Source: Patescibacteria group bacterium (GTDB lineage: Bacteria > Patescibacteriota > Patescibacteriia > UBA2591 > UBA6264). Taken from it: a stretch of DNA of 64,000 nucleotides. Below the pieces are notes generated by a model. The model made no database searches. It saw only the letters and a program-made list of their open reading frames with translations, and was not told the DNA's origin. The translations under genes were made by a program, and so were the position numbers. Each line of letters starts with the position of its first letter. Position 1 is the stretch's first letter. The stretch spans positions 27,619-91,618 of the forward strand of contig JAQTOB010000001.1 of the NCBI GenBank assembly GCA_028713575.1, read 5' to 3'. Shown here piece by piece: positions 18,308-27,204 of the stretch.

Positions 18308-19825
18308 TTATCTGGCGTATTCCGTAACTCTGTTTTCCCTAACAACGGTCACTTTAATTTCTCCTGGATATCTTAACTCCTCTTCAATTCTATCGGCTAT
18401 TTCTCGGGCTAATTTATAAGCGCCCAAATCATCAATCTCTTGAGGAAGAACAAAAACTCTTAATTCACGCCCCGCTTGAATAGCATAAGCTCTTTCTACT
18501 CCTGAAAAACCTTTAGCTAAAACCTCTAATTCCTCCAGGCGTTTTAAATATTCTTCATAGGTGTCCCTTCTCGCCCCTGGTCTGGCCCCGGAAATAGCAT
18601 CAGCAACTTTTACAATAATAGCCTCCAGTGTCGGCGGATGATCTTCATGGTGAGTAGCGATAGGAATGATGACTTCTTTGGAAAGTCCGTATTTTTCACC
18701 TAAATCTTTGCCAATTTCCGGATGAGTGCCCTGTACTTCAAAGTCAATCGCTTTTCCAATGTCATGAACCAATCCCGCTTTTTTGGCTACCGCGACATCT
18801 GCCCCCAATTCATGAGCCAACATTGCGGATAAATGAGCCACCTCTATAGAATGAATCAAAACATTTTGCCCATAACTAGTGCGATATTTTAACCGACCCA
18901 AAAGCTGAATAAGCTTTGGGTCTAATCCGGCAATTCCGGTTTGATAAAGCGCGTCTTCTCCCGCCTTTCTGATATCTTTGGCTAGTTCAATTTTTGTCTC
19001 TTCCACAATTCTTTCTATTCTTGAGGGTTGAATTCGTCCGTCACTAACCAATTTTTCCAAAACCAATTTTCCAAGCTGACGCCGGATTGGATTAAAAGCT
19101 GAAACAAAAACCGTTTCCGGGGTATCATCAACAATAATCTCCGCCCCAGTTAATTGTTCAACCACTTTAATGTTTCTCCCTTCTCTTCCAATAATTCTCC
19201 CTTTTACTTCATCAGAAGGAATGGAAATAGTGGCCGTGGTTGTTTCGGCTGTATGTGCTGAAGCGTATCTTTCTATCACACCGGTAATCAATTCTTTTGT
19301 TTTTTTCTCAATTTCATCCGCTCCATATTTTTCCAATTTTTTTATTCTTCCCAAAACATCGTCTTTCATTTTCTTTTCTATATTCTCTAAAAGAAATTGT
19401 TTTGCTTCTTCTTCGCTCATTCCTGAAATTCTTTCTAATTCTTGTTTTGCTTCTTCATAAAGTTGCTTTATTTTTTCTTTAGCGTTTTCTAGGCGATTGG
19501 CCTTTTCAGATAAATCCTTTTGTCTTGATTCTAATTCAAAAATCTTTTTTTCAAAAAGCGCCTGTCTTTTATCTAAGCGGTCTTCCAAAATATTTAACTC
19601 CCTTCTTCTTTCCATTTCCTCCTTCTTCACTTTTTCTATAAATTTTAATGATTCTTCTTTGGCTTTAAAAAATATTTCTTGTTGTTTAATTTTAGCTTTA
19701 GCCAAAATATCCTTAGCCTTAGCTTCTGCTGATTCAGTCATTTTTTGACCCATCAAACGACGGAAAAACCAACCAATCAGGGCTCCAACAATAAAACCCG
19801 TGGCAATAAAAATATAGTTTAACAT
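18308..19825 (-). CDS. rny: ribonuclease Y
   Basis: N-terminal TM helix, coiled coil, KH domain (GRIIGREGRNIK) and HD domain (HSIEVAHLSAMLA...GLVHDIGKA). Confidence 0.9.
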   Translation of the reverse strand: MLNYIFIATGFIVGALIGWFFRRLMGQKMTESAEAKAKDILAKAKIKQQEIFFKAKEESLKFIEKVKKEEMERRRELNILEDRLDKRQALFEKKIFELESRQKDLSEKANRLENAKEKIKQLYEEAKQELERISGMSEEEAKQFLLENIEKKMKDDVLGRIKKLEKYGADEIEKKTKELITGVIERYASAHTAETTTATISIPSDEVKGRIIGREGRNIKVVEQLTGAEIIVDDTPETVFVSAFNPIRRQLGKLVLEKLVSDGRIQPSRIERIVEETKIELAKDIRKAGEDALYQTGIAGLDPKLIQLLGRLKYRTSYGQNVLIHSIEVAHLSAMLAHELGADVAVAKKAGLVHDIGKAIDFEVQGTHPEIGKDLGEKYGLSKEVIIPIATHHEDHPPTLEAIIVKVADAISGARPGARRDTYEEYLKRLEELEVLAKGFSGVERAYAIQAGRELRVFVLPQEIDDLGAYKLAREIADRIEEELRYPGEIKVTVVRENRVTEYAR

Positions 19826-19904
19826 AGAAACAAATTAATTAATAAAATTAATAAATAAAAGCCAAAATAATTTGGCTTTTAAAAATATATTAAAATAAAA
19901 TAAT

Positions 19905-20483
19905 TTATCTGCTGATAATTTTGTCAACCAAACCATATTTTTTTGCTTGTTCGGCTGACATATAAAAATCGCGGTCTGTATCTTTCTCTATTTTTTTTAA
20001 TGATTGTCCTGTATGCTTGGCGAGGATTCTGTTGATTTGATCTCTAATGGTCAAAATGTGTTCCGCCCTAATTTTAATATCCGCCGCCGGGCCTTCTGTT
20101 CCACCCATAACTTGATGCAACATTACCTCTGCGTTGGGTAAAACCAATCGTTTGCCCTTTGCTCCGGCGGACAAAAGAACTGCTCCCATAGAAGCGGCCA
20201 AACCGACACAAATGGTCATTACATCTGGTTTAACATATTGTATAGTGTCATAAATAGCTAAACCGGCCGTTACCGATCCTCCGGGAGTATTAATATAGAG
20301 CTTAATATCTTTATTTTTATCCTCACTAGCCAAGAATAAAAGTTGAGCAATAACAATATTGGCAACATCATCGGTAATCGTATCTCCGAGAAAAATTATT
20401 CTTTCTTTTAAAAGCCGAGAATATATATCATAAGCTCGTTCTCCTTGTGTAGATTTTTCAATAACTGTTGGAACGAGATACAT
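19905..20483 (-). CDS. clpP: ATP-dependent Clp protease proteolytic subunit
   Basis: [20 protein letters not shown]...[11 protein letters not shown]...MLHQ, giving the Ser-His-Asp triad context. Confidence 0.9.
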   Translation of the reverse strand: MYLVPTVIEKSTQGERAYDIYSRLLKERIIFLGDTITDDVANIVIAQLLFLASEDKNKDIKLYINTPGGSVTAGLAIYDTIQYVKPDVMTICVGLAASMGAVLLSAGAKGKRLVLPNAEVMLHQVMGGTEGPAADIKIRAEHILTIRDQINRILAKHTGQSLKKIEKDTDRDFYMSAEQAKKYGLVDKIISR

Positions 20484-20654
20484 ATATAAATTAATAATTA
20501 TATTTTATTTTACTTTAATAAAGTATATCAGGATATAAATGGTTGTCAAATTTACAAAGTGGATAAACTCCTCACTAAACCCATACTCCAGATTAATAAA
20601 TTTGATGTCAATATAAATTCTAGCTCATAAATCAAGGTTTAACCCAAGATGGTC

Positions 20655-20993
20655 TTATTTTCTAATCTTATCAAAAATCTTTTCTATTTTACTGGCCCTT
20701 TCTTCTGTTTGATCAAGAACAAATCTTATTCTTGGCAGAGGATAAATGATTAATCTACGATTCAACAGTCCCTGTAAATGGCCGATTTTTTTATTTATTT
20801 CTTTTAAAATTTGTTTAGCAAAAAAAATGGGGAAAACACTCACCCAAATTTTAGATTCTAACAAATCTTGGCTGGTTTCTACTTGAGTAATAGTAATCAA
20901 AGAACCTTCCGGGGGTTCTATTTCTTTAAGAAAAATTCTACTCATTTCCCTTTTTATTAATTCGTCAATTTTTTTTGCTCTCTCTAAAGACAT
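20655..20993 (-). CDS. rbfA: ribosome-binding factor A-like protein
   Basis: Pattern R..R...I..E.....GSLITITQVETSQDL...KIWVSV. Confidence 0.65.
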   Translation of the reverse strand: MSLERAKKIDELIKREMSRIFLKEIEPPEGSLITITQVETSQDLLESKIWVSVFPIFFAKQILKEINKKIGHLQGLLNRRLIIYPLPRIRFVLDQTEERASKIEKIFDKIRK

Positions 20994-21557
20994 TTAAAAT
21001 CTAAAAATTGTAAAAGGTTCTTCGGTCAAATCAATGATAATGGAGGGTTGACCACTAAGTCTTTCGCCTTTTAATATAAAATCTGTTTGATTTTTAAATT
21101 TTTTAGCTATTTTATTAATATTCAGGTCTGGTTGAAAACCGGAAACATTGGCGCTGGTGGTGGTAATGGGCATATCTTTGCTTAATTGACGACAAATTTT
21201 TGAAGCTGGAATACGCAATCCTACTTTTTCCGAACCAGCCGTGATATTATAAGGAATTTTTTTCTTTTTCTTTAAAAGAACAGTAAAGGGACCGGGTAAA
21301 ATCGTCTTTATTAATTTTTCCTGTTTTTGGTTAACCCAAGCTAAATTTTTAATTTGTTTTAAGCTGGAAACCATTATAGAAAGGGGCTTTTTAAAGTCTC
21401 TCTCCTTTATTCTGAAAATTCTCTCTACTGCTTCTCTATTAAAAATATCCGCCCCTAATCCATAAAGGGTGTCTGTCGGATAAATAATAACTCCCCCGTT
21501 TTTAAGAATTTTTCTTGCTTTTTTTATATTTTTTTCAATTGATTGGCAAACCAACAT
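20994..21557 (-). CDS. tsaC: L-threonylcarbamoyladenylate synthase (YrdC/Sua5 family)
   Basis: GGVIIYPTDTLYGLGADIFN... Confidence 0.8.
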   Translation of the reverse strand: MLVCQSIEKNIKKARKILKNGGVIIYPTDTLYGLGADIFNREAVERIFRIKERDFKKPLSIMVSSLKQIKNLAWVNQKQEKLIKTILPGPFTVLLKKKKKIPYNITAGSEKVGLRIPASKICRQLSKDMPITTTSANVSGFQPDLNINKIAKKFKNQTDFILKGERLSGQPSIIIDLTEEPFTIFRF

Positions 21558-21567
21558 AAATTAATAA

Positions 21568-22119
21568 CTATAATCCCAATATCTCTGAAATTTTTTGCAT
21601 GGCTCGCAGACTAATTTCTACAAATTCATTTAAAGATAAATTTAATTCTTGACAGGTGGCAATCGTCTCCCGATTAACGCTTTTAGCAAATCCTTTTTCT
21701 TTGTAACGATTTAAAATGTTTTCTTTTGACAAATCTTTTATTTTTTTAGAAGGCAAAACTAAGGTAGCGGCAACAATCAAACCAGTGATGGGGTCAGCGC
21801 AAAAAAGAGCGCGAGAAATACTATCTTCTCTGGCTAAGCCGTGAATTTCATTGTGGCATTTAATCGCCCTGATAATTTCCGGTTCAAAATTATAACTCTG
21901 CAAAATTTCCGCTCCCAATAAACTGTGTTTTTGCGGATTATCTTTTGTTTGTTCGTAATCAATGTCGTGCAATAAACCAGCCAATCCCCATTTTTCTTCA
22001 TTTTCCTTAAAATATTTTGCCAATTCCTTCATTACCGCCTCTACGGCTAAACAATGTTTAATTAAATTATCGTTCTTTATTTTTTTATGAATTAATTTTA
22101 AGGCCTCTTCTCTCTTCAT
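21568..22119 (-). CDS. HD-domain phosphohydrolase (small)
   Basis: H...HD motif (HCLAVEAV...GLLHDIDYE). Confidence 0.6.
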   Translation of the reverse strand: MKREEALKLIHKKIKNDNLIKHCLAVEAVMKELAKYFKENEEKWGLAGLLHDIDYEQTKDNPQKHSLLGAEILQSYNFEPEIIRAIKCHNEIHGLAREDSISRALFCADPITGLIVAATLVLPSKKIKDLSKENILNRYKEKGFAKSVNRETIATCQELNLSLNEFVEISLRAMQKISEILGL

Positions 22120-22164
22120 AAATTTATTTCTAAATCCACTGGTTATTCGTAAATTTGTTTTGTT

Positions 22165-22857
22165 TTATAACAACTTAAAATTATTGATTATTAAATTAAA
22201 TTTATAACCTAAAAAATCAGCAGCCTGACGACAATAGGTCATTCTCTCGGTAAATATCTCAAAATATTCCATAATCGGGACATATTTACGATCTATTTTA
22301 ATGGTCAAAATAATTTGTTTTTTTTGCCGATTAACTTTTAAGTCCGATTTGGTGGCGGCATAGTTTACCCTATCATGAATATCGGTTTTAAGTTCATTTT
22401 TTGACAAATCTCTAACTCTTGAACGATTAACATCTGACTTATCAGCAATAACCACAATGGCGGAAATTGGATTTGTTAATTTCATGGTATATTTATCATG
22501 ATTGACGATTGCCTGCATGATGTGACTTAATTCCTTGGAAGAAAAATTTTCTTCCCCGCCGGAGGTGAATCCGCCTTTAGTGGAAAAAATCTGATGGAAC
22601 AAAAGCGCGCCCCAATAATGATGACGTGAACGGCCTAAAAAATTTCCCATATCATGACAAAATCCGGCGATAGCAGATATCTCCTGTCCTCTTTTACTTA
22701 ATCCTATTTCTTTAGCCATCATTTGAGCTCGACGGGAAACTAAATTAGCATGTCTTAAGCCATGTTCCGTATAACCTAAAGCATCCATTGAAATTTCAGT
22801 TTGTCTAATAAATTCCAAAACCTGAGGATGATTTTTTACTTCTTTAAATTTTAACAT
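22165..22857 (-). CDS. HD-domain phosphohydrolase
   Basis: GLRHANLV...FCHDMGNFLGR. Confidence 0.6.
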   Translation of the reverse strand: MLKFKEVKNHPQVLEFIRQTEISMDALGYTEHGLRHANLVSRRAQMMAKEIGLSKRGQEISAIAGFCHDMGNFLGRSRHHYWGALLFHQIFSTKGGFTSGGEENFSSKELSHIMQAIVNHDKYTMKLTNPISAIVVIADKSDVNRSRVRDLSKNELKTDIHDRVNYAATKSDLKVNRQKKQIILTIKIDRKYVPIMEYFEIFTERMTYCRQAADFLGYKFNLIINNFKLL

Positions 22858-22859
22858 AT

Positions 22860-23090
22860 TTATTCAATGTTTAATTTTTCTTTAATTTTTGACAAATCAA
22901 AGCCTAAAATCATTTCTCCATCAATTTCTGTAACCGGCACAGCCATTTGTCCGGTTTTTTTGATAAAATCATCTATCATCTCTTGGTTTTTGCTTAAATC
23001 AATCTCTTCAAATTCAATTTTTTTTTCTTTTAAAAAATCCTTTAATTGATGACAATAAAGGCACGCCGGAGACGTATATACTTTTATCTT
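22860..23090 (-). CDS. glutaredoxin/NrdH-like thioredoxin-fold protein
   Basis: MKIKVYTSPACLYCHQLKDFL...; CxxC active site, about 76 aa. Confidence 0.6.
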   Translation of the reverse strand, partial: KIKVYTSPACLYCHQLKDFLKEKKIEFEEIDLSKNQEMIDDFIKKTGQMAVPVTEIDGEMILGFDLSKIKEKLNIE

Positions 23091-23166
23091 CATATAATTT
23101 TTGATTAACAAATAATATGTTATTTTATCATCTTATCATCTTCCTGAGTTTTTGTCAAAATAAAAA

Positions 23167-23238
23167 TAGCCCCGAGGAGAATCGAACTCCTGTTACCAGG
23201 ATGAAAACCTGGTGTCCTAACCACTAGACGACGGGGCC
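23167..23238 (-). tRNA. tRNA-Glu (anticodon UUC), intact
   Basis: The minus strand reads GGCCCCG TC GTCT...CCAGG TTTTCAT CCTGG TAAC AGGAG TTCGATT CTCCT CGGGGCT A, a full cloverleaf. Confidence 0.85.
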
Positions 23239-23244
23239 TTAATA

Positions 23245-23499
23245 TTATTTCAAATTGAATCCTAACTTATTAAGCAAATTTTTTCTTTCTTGATAATATT
23301 TTTTTAACCTTATTTCCCTTTTCCTTGCTTCTGATTTACTATCATACTCCTCCCTATACATCATAATAAACGGTCTTCTGTTTTTATTGGATTTTGTTTT
23401 GCCGGCGTTATGCTCTTTTAATCTTTTTCCAATGTCATCAGTCATACCAATATAATAACCTGAATCCTTTAAACTTTTTAGGATATATAAATAATACAT
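23245..23499 (-). CDS. small free-standing GIY-YIG nuclease
   Basis: MYYLYILKSLKDSGYYIGMTDDIGKRLKEHNAG...; the GIY..YIG...R..H/N motif lies in an 84-aa protein. The tracked ORF 23245..23589 extends spuriously into tRNA-derived and GC-rich insert sequence. Confidence 0.75.
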   Translation of the reverse strand: MYYLYILKSLKDSGYYIGMTDDIGKRLKEHNAGKTKSNKNRRPFIMMYREEYDSKSEARKREIRLKKYYQERKNLLNKLGFNLK

Positions 23500-23500
23500 A

Positions 23501-23603
23501 CTCCTGTTACCAGGATGCCCGCCAGGGGCAGCCTGTCCGCCTACTGGCGGAGGTCCGCCTTTGGCGGAAAAACCTGGTGTCCTAACCACTAGACGACGGG
23601 GCC
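23501..23603 (-). pseudogene. duplicated 5' two-thirds of tRNA-Glu interrupted by a ~50-bp GC-rich insertion
   Basis: Identical to the intact copy from the acceptor 5' end through the variable region (GGCCCCGTCGTCTAGTGGTTAGGACACCAGGTTTT ... CATCCTGGTAACAGGAG). The T-arm and 3' acceptor are missing. The insert 23518..23567 begins CCCGCC and ends GGCGG. Confidence 0.6.
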
Positions 23604-23691
23604 AAAAATAAGAATCATTCTAACAGTTAAATATTCTAACATTTTAACAGAATTTGTCAAAGTAAAAAAATCTGTTAAAATAAGCATTGCT

Positions 23692-24798
23692 ATGAATAAC
23701 AAACAAAAATTTATTATCTTGGGTATTGAGACTTCATGCGACGAAACATCAGCCGCCCTTTTGGAATATAAGAATAATCGTTTCAAAATAATTTCCAATT
23801 TGGTTTCCTCACAGATTCCCATCCACCGAAGATACGGTGGAATCATTCCGGAAATCGCCGCCCGCGCCCATCTTAAAAATATGCCCTTAATAATCAAAAA
23901 AATTAGCCGAGAAATCAACCTAAAAAATATTGATTTAATTGCCGTTACTCGCGGTCCAGGACTAATTACCTCTTTATTAGTTGGCGTGGAAACAGCTAAA
24001 ACTTTGTCTTATCTTTTTGAGAAACCTCTAATTGGCATCAATCATTTAGAGGGGCACCTTGCCGCTAATTGGCTTCCGCCAATTAGCGGAAATCCCAAAT
24101 CCGAAGTCCTAAGCCCGAAACATATATTTCCTGCGGTGAGTTTGATTGTTTCCGGCGGACATACTGAACTCGGCTTAATAAAAAAAATGGGGAAGTATGA
24201 AAGAATTGGCCAAACCAGAGATGACGCGGCCGGCGAATGTTTTGACAAAGTCGCTAAATTGCTCAATCTCGGCTATCCAGGAGGCCCAGCCATTGCCGAG
24301 TATGCCCGTCAATGGAAATCTCAAATTTCAAATACCAAATTCCATATCTCCCTGCCACGACCGATGATAAAATCCAATGATTTTGATTTCAGTTTTTCCG
24401 GTCTCAAAACCGCTGTTCTTTATCTAGTTAAAAAAAATAAGAATAAAATAAAAAATAAAGACTTTATTAAAAATGTCTGTGCTGAAACGCAACAAGCAAT
24501 CATTGACGTTTTAATTTATAAAACCATTAAGGCGGTAAAAAAACATCAGGCCAAAAGCATCTTTCTGTCCGGCGGAGTAGCGGCGAACCGCGAATTAAGG
24601 GAACAACTGCGGGACAGCGTGGAAAAACTGTCCCCGCAACGGAATTTTTTGGTTCCCCCGAACAATCTTTGTACTGATAACGCCGCCATGATTGCCGCCG
24701 CCGGAGTTATAAGATACGGCATGCTTTCGCTGAAACAAAAAAAGGGACTGAAGAACGGGTGGAAAGACGTAAAAATCGATCCAAACCTAAGCCTGTAG
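23692..24798 (+). CDS. tsaD: tRNA N6-adenosine threonylcarbamoyltransferase
   Basis: ILGIETSCDETSAALL...HLEGHL...SGGVAANREL; Kae1/TsaD family. Confidence 0.9.
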   Translation: MNNKQKFIILGIETSCDETSAALLEYKNNRFKIISNLVSSQIPIHRRYGGIIPEIAARAHLKNMPLIIKKISREINLKNIDLIAVTRGPGLITSLLVGVETAKTLSYLFEKPLIGINHLEGHLAANWLPPISGNPKSEVLSPKHIFPAVSLIVSGGHTELGLIKKMGKYERIGQTRDDAAGECFDKVAKLLNLGYPGGPAIAEYARQWKSQISNTKFHISLPRPMIKSNDFDFSFSGLKTAVLYLVKKNKNKIKNKDFIKNVCAETQQAIIDVLIYKTIKAVKKHQAKSIFLSGGVAANRELREQLRDSVEKLSPQRNFLVPPNNLCTDNAAMIAAAGVIRYGMLSLKQKKGLKNGWKDVKIDPNLSL

Positions 24799-24813
24799 TC
24801 TTAATACGTAAAT

Positions 24814-24847
24814 AAAAACTGAGAAACAAATTCTCAGTTTTTATTTT
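24814..24847. terminator. bidirectional intrinsic terminator between convergent tsaD and the ornithine-cyclodeaminase-family gene
   Basis: Hairpin CTGAGAA-ACAAA-TTCTCAG with an A-run on its 5' side and a T-run (TTTTTATTTT) on its 3' side. Confidence 0.55.
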
Positions 24848-24873
24848 AACTCTATCTCAAATCTATATCTTAT

Positions 24874-25884
24874 CTAATTGATTAAATCCACTCTTTTACC
24901 AATTTTTTTCTTTAGGGCCATCCTGTAAACTAGCTCCGCAGTGAACAGGTCCTGAATCGCCAGGCCGGTGGAGTCAAAAACCGTGACTTCCCTATTATTT
25001 TTTCTTCCCACTGATTTTCCGCTAACCACCTGTCCTAAAGAGGCAAAAATATCCTTTTCCCTGATTATTCCCCTTTTTAAAGGCACGTTTATCTCTCCGG
25101 AATGACTGGCCTGTGCCCAGTCGTCGATGAAAATCTTGCCTTTTTTCAGAATCATGGGATCCAGTTCTTCTTTTCCCTGGGCATCGGCGCCGATGGCGTT
25201 GATGTGAGTTCCGGGTTTAATCCATTCTTTCCTGATAATCGGTTTTTCCGAAGGCGTAACTGTCACTAAAATATCCTGCTCGGCCGCCTCTTTCAAAGAA
25301 ACGCCCTGAACCTTCAGTTTTAAGGGCTTCAGTTGATTGGCCAACCAATTTATCTTTTTCTGGTTGATGTCGGAAACAAAAATTCTCTTTATCTTCCTGA
25401 CTTGGCAAATGGCGGCGATCTGGAACAGGGCTTGGACTCCAGCTCCTGCTACGCCCAAGGTTTCAGCGTTTTTGCGAGACAGATATTTCGTCGCCACACC
25501 GCCAGCGGCGCCGGTTCGCATGCCGGTGATGTAAGTGCCATCCAGTAAAGCGACAGGCCGGCCGGTTTTGGCATCATTTAAAATAATAGCGGCCATGACT
25601 GTGGCTAATCCCTTTTTCGGATTTTCCGGATGGACGTTAACTATTTTTGTCCCCGCCATGTCCAGTTCTGGAGCGAAAGAAGGCATAACCCGCAAATCAC
25701 CGTGATATTTTTTAAAATATAAATAATTTTTTGCCGGCATCTGGACTTTCTGGCGACCGTAACTGTCAAAGGCTCTTTCTACTTTCCCGATCACCTTTCT
25801 AATTTCCTCTAAAGGAATGATTTTTTTAACTTGATTCTGATTTAAAATCAAAATTTTTTTTCTCATAAAAACGAAGTTAGTCAA
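24874..25884 (-). CDS. ornithine cyclodeaminase / mu-crystallin family NAD(P)-dependent enzyme
   Basis: Rossmann GVAGAGVQA; length and conserved blocks fit the OCD or archaeal-type alanine dehydrogenase family. The GC content looks higher than that of its neighbours. Confidence 0.65.
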   Translation of the reverse strand: MTNFVFMRKKILILNQNQVKKIIPLEEIRKVIGKVERAFDSYGRQKVQMPAKNYLYFKKYHGDLRVMPSFAPELDMAGTKIVNVHPENPKKGLATVMAAIILNDAKTGRPVALLDGTYITGMRTGAAGGVATKYLSRKNAETLGVAGAGVQALFQIAAICQVRKIKRIFVSDINQKKINWLANQLKPLKLKVQGVSLKEAAEQDILVTVTPSEKPIIRKEWIKPGTHINAIGADAQGKEELDPMILKKGKIFIDDWAQASHSGEINVPLKRGIIREKDIFASLGQVVSGKSVGRKNNREVTVFDSTGLAIQDLFTAELVYRMALKKKIGKRVDLIN

Positions 25885-25891
25885 TTAATAA

Positions 25892-26275
25892 TCACTTTTT
25901 AAGAGAATCTCTTATCTCTTTGAGAATTTCTATTTCCTCTGGCGGCTTAACGGGTTCTTTTTCTTCTTTCTTTTTCAGTTTGCCAAAGTAATGAACGGCA
26001 ATGAAAATAGAAAAAGCAATGATTATAAAATCTATAATCGTATTAATGAAAATTCCGTAATTAATCGTAATTGCCGGAGCCGTTTCTGACGCCTTTTTTA
26101 AAACAAGCATCAAGTTTGAAAAATCAATGCCTCCCAAAAGCAAGCCGATTGGCGGCATAATAACGTCCGTGACCAGGGAGCTAACTATTTTTCCAAAGGC
26201 GCCACCAATAATTACGCCGACTGCCATATCAATCACATTTCCTTTTAAAGCAAATTTTTTAAATTCTTGTAACAT
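25892..26275 (-). CDS. mscL: large-conductance mechanosensitive channel
   Basis: [40 protein letters not shown]. Confidence 0.85.
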   Translation of the reverse strand: MLQEFKKFALKGNVIDMAVGVIIGGAFGKIVSSLVTDVIMPPIGLLLGGIDFSNLMLVLKKASETAPAITINYGIFINTIIDFIIIAFSIFIAVHYFGKLKKKEEKEPVKPPEEIEILKEIRDSLKK

Positions 26276-26301
26276 ATTTTTTTATTATTATATTATATAT
26301 C

Positions 26302-27006
26302 TTATTTTCCATTAAGATTGTTCCTCTTTTTGTCCGGTAAACTATTTTTGAAAAATCGCCCAAAACCTAATGCTGATAAAAATTTTAGAAAAACATTTTT
26401 CAGAAATAATCCCCTTTTAATAATAAAAAAATCTTTGAAGTGACACCATTCTCTAACATCTTCCCCTAATTTTTGGATTAACGTCAAACTGTTAACTGGC
26501 GTTTTGACTATTTTATAGTTTTTCTTATTGTTTTTTATCCAAGAAACCACATACTGTGTAGACCTCATCCATGAATCGTGAAAAAGTATGTATCCTTTAT
26601 GATTTAGCAATAAATCAATGTAATAAAAATCAATAAAAATGTCATCAAATTTATGGCCTCCATCAATAAAAGCAAAATCTATTTTTACGTTCTTTTTCAG
26701 TAACCCCGGTAAAACATTGTGTGAAAAATCATTTTTAAGATTAAGATACTTTTTCAGGCCCAATTTTTCCATATTCTCCAAACCAAGATTAAAATATAGT
26801 CCTTGTGAAGGATCTATGACATAGTGAATGCTTTTAGTTGCAGAAATGATATAAGCCGTTGAACAACCGTAAGCAAATCCCACCTCAAGTGTTTTTTTTA
26901 GATTATTATCCTTAAGAAAATTGTAAATATATTCGCCCTCTGTCTCAGTGATAGAAGTTGCCTTGTCTCCGTTAGGGATTTCTAGTTGTTGATAAATTCC
27001 GGTCAT
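26302..27006 (-). CDS. class I SAM-dependent methyltransferase (O-methyltransferase-like)
   Basis: LEVGFAYGCSTAYI...FAFIDGGH motif arrangement. Confidence 0.55.
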   Translation of the reverse strand: MTGIYQQLEIPNGDKATSITETEGEYIYNFLKDNNLKKTLEVGFAYGCSTAYIISATKSIHYVIDPSQGLYFNLGLENMEKLGLKKYLNLKNDFSHNVLPGLLKKNVKIDFAFIDGGHKFDDIFIDFYYIDLLLNHKGYILFHDSWMRSTQYVVSWIKNNKKNYKIVKTPVNSLTLIQKLGEDVREWCHFKDFFIIKRGLFLKNVFLKFLSALGFGRFFKNSLPDKKRNNLNGK

Positions 27007-27185
27007 AATCCAAAAAAAAATTAAAATTTATTAAGTTTTATATTAAAGGCTCTTCCTTAATTTTGTATATTTGCAATGTCTATAATATTATCATTTATAA
27101 CGGGGATTTAGGGACCGCCCCCCCCCTTTCTCTCTCCGCAAACTTGCTCTAGAAGAGAATTTTAGGGCGTTTTTTAAAATTTAGA

Positions 27186-27203
27186 ACTATTTCGACTACT
27201 CGG
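27186..27203. repeat. degenerate partial copy (TATTTCGACTACT) of the palindrome-bearing repeat, 3' of the transposase gene
   Basis: Shares ATTCGACTACT with the repeats at 27828 and 29151. Confidence 0.35.
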
Positions 27204-27204
27204 A

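Noticed and set aside
23500-23589. The 5' extension of tracked ORF 23245..23589 (MVRTPGFSAKGGPPPVGGQAAPGGHPGNRS...)
   Set aside because: This stretch translates the tRNA-Glu fragment and the GC-rich insert. The GIY-YIG domain begins at the internal Met at 23499, and the proline/glycine-rich extension is an artefact of GC-rich DNA.
23589-23918. 109-aa minus-strand ORF overlapping the tsaD start
   Set aside because: It is a hydrophobic low-complexity translation antisense to the well-supported tsaD N-terminus and intergenic DNA, and is probably spurious.
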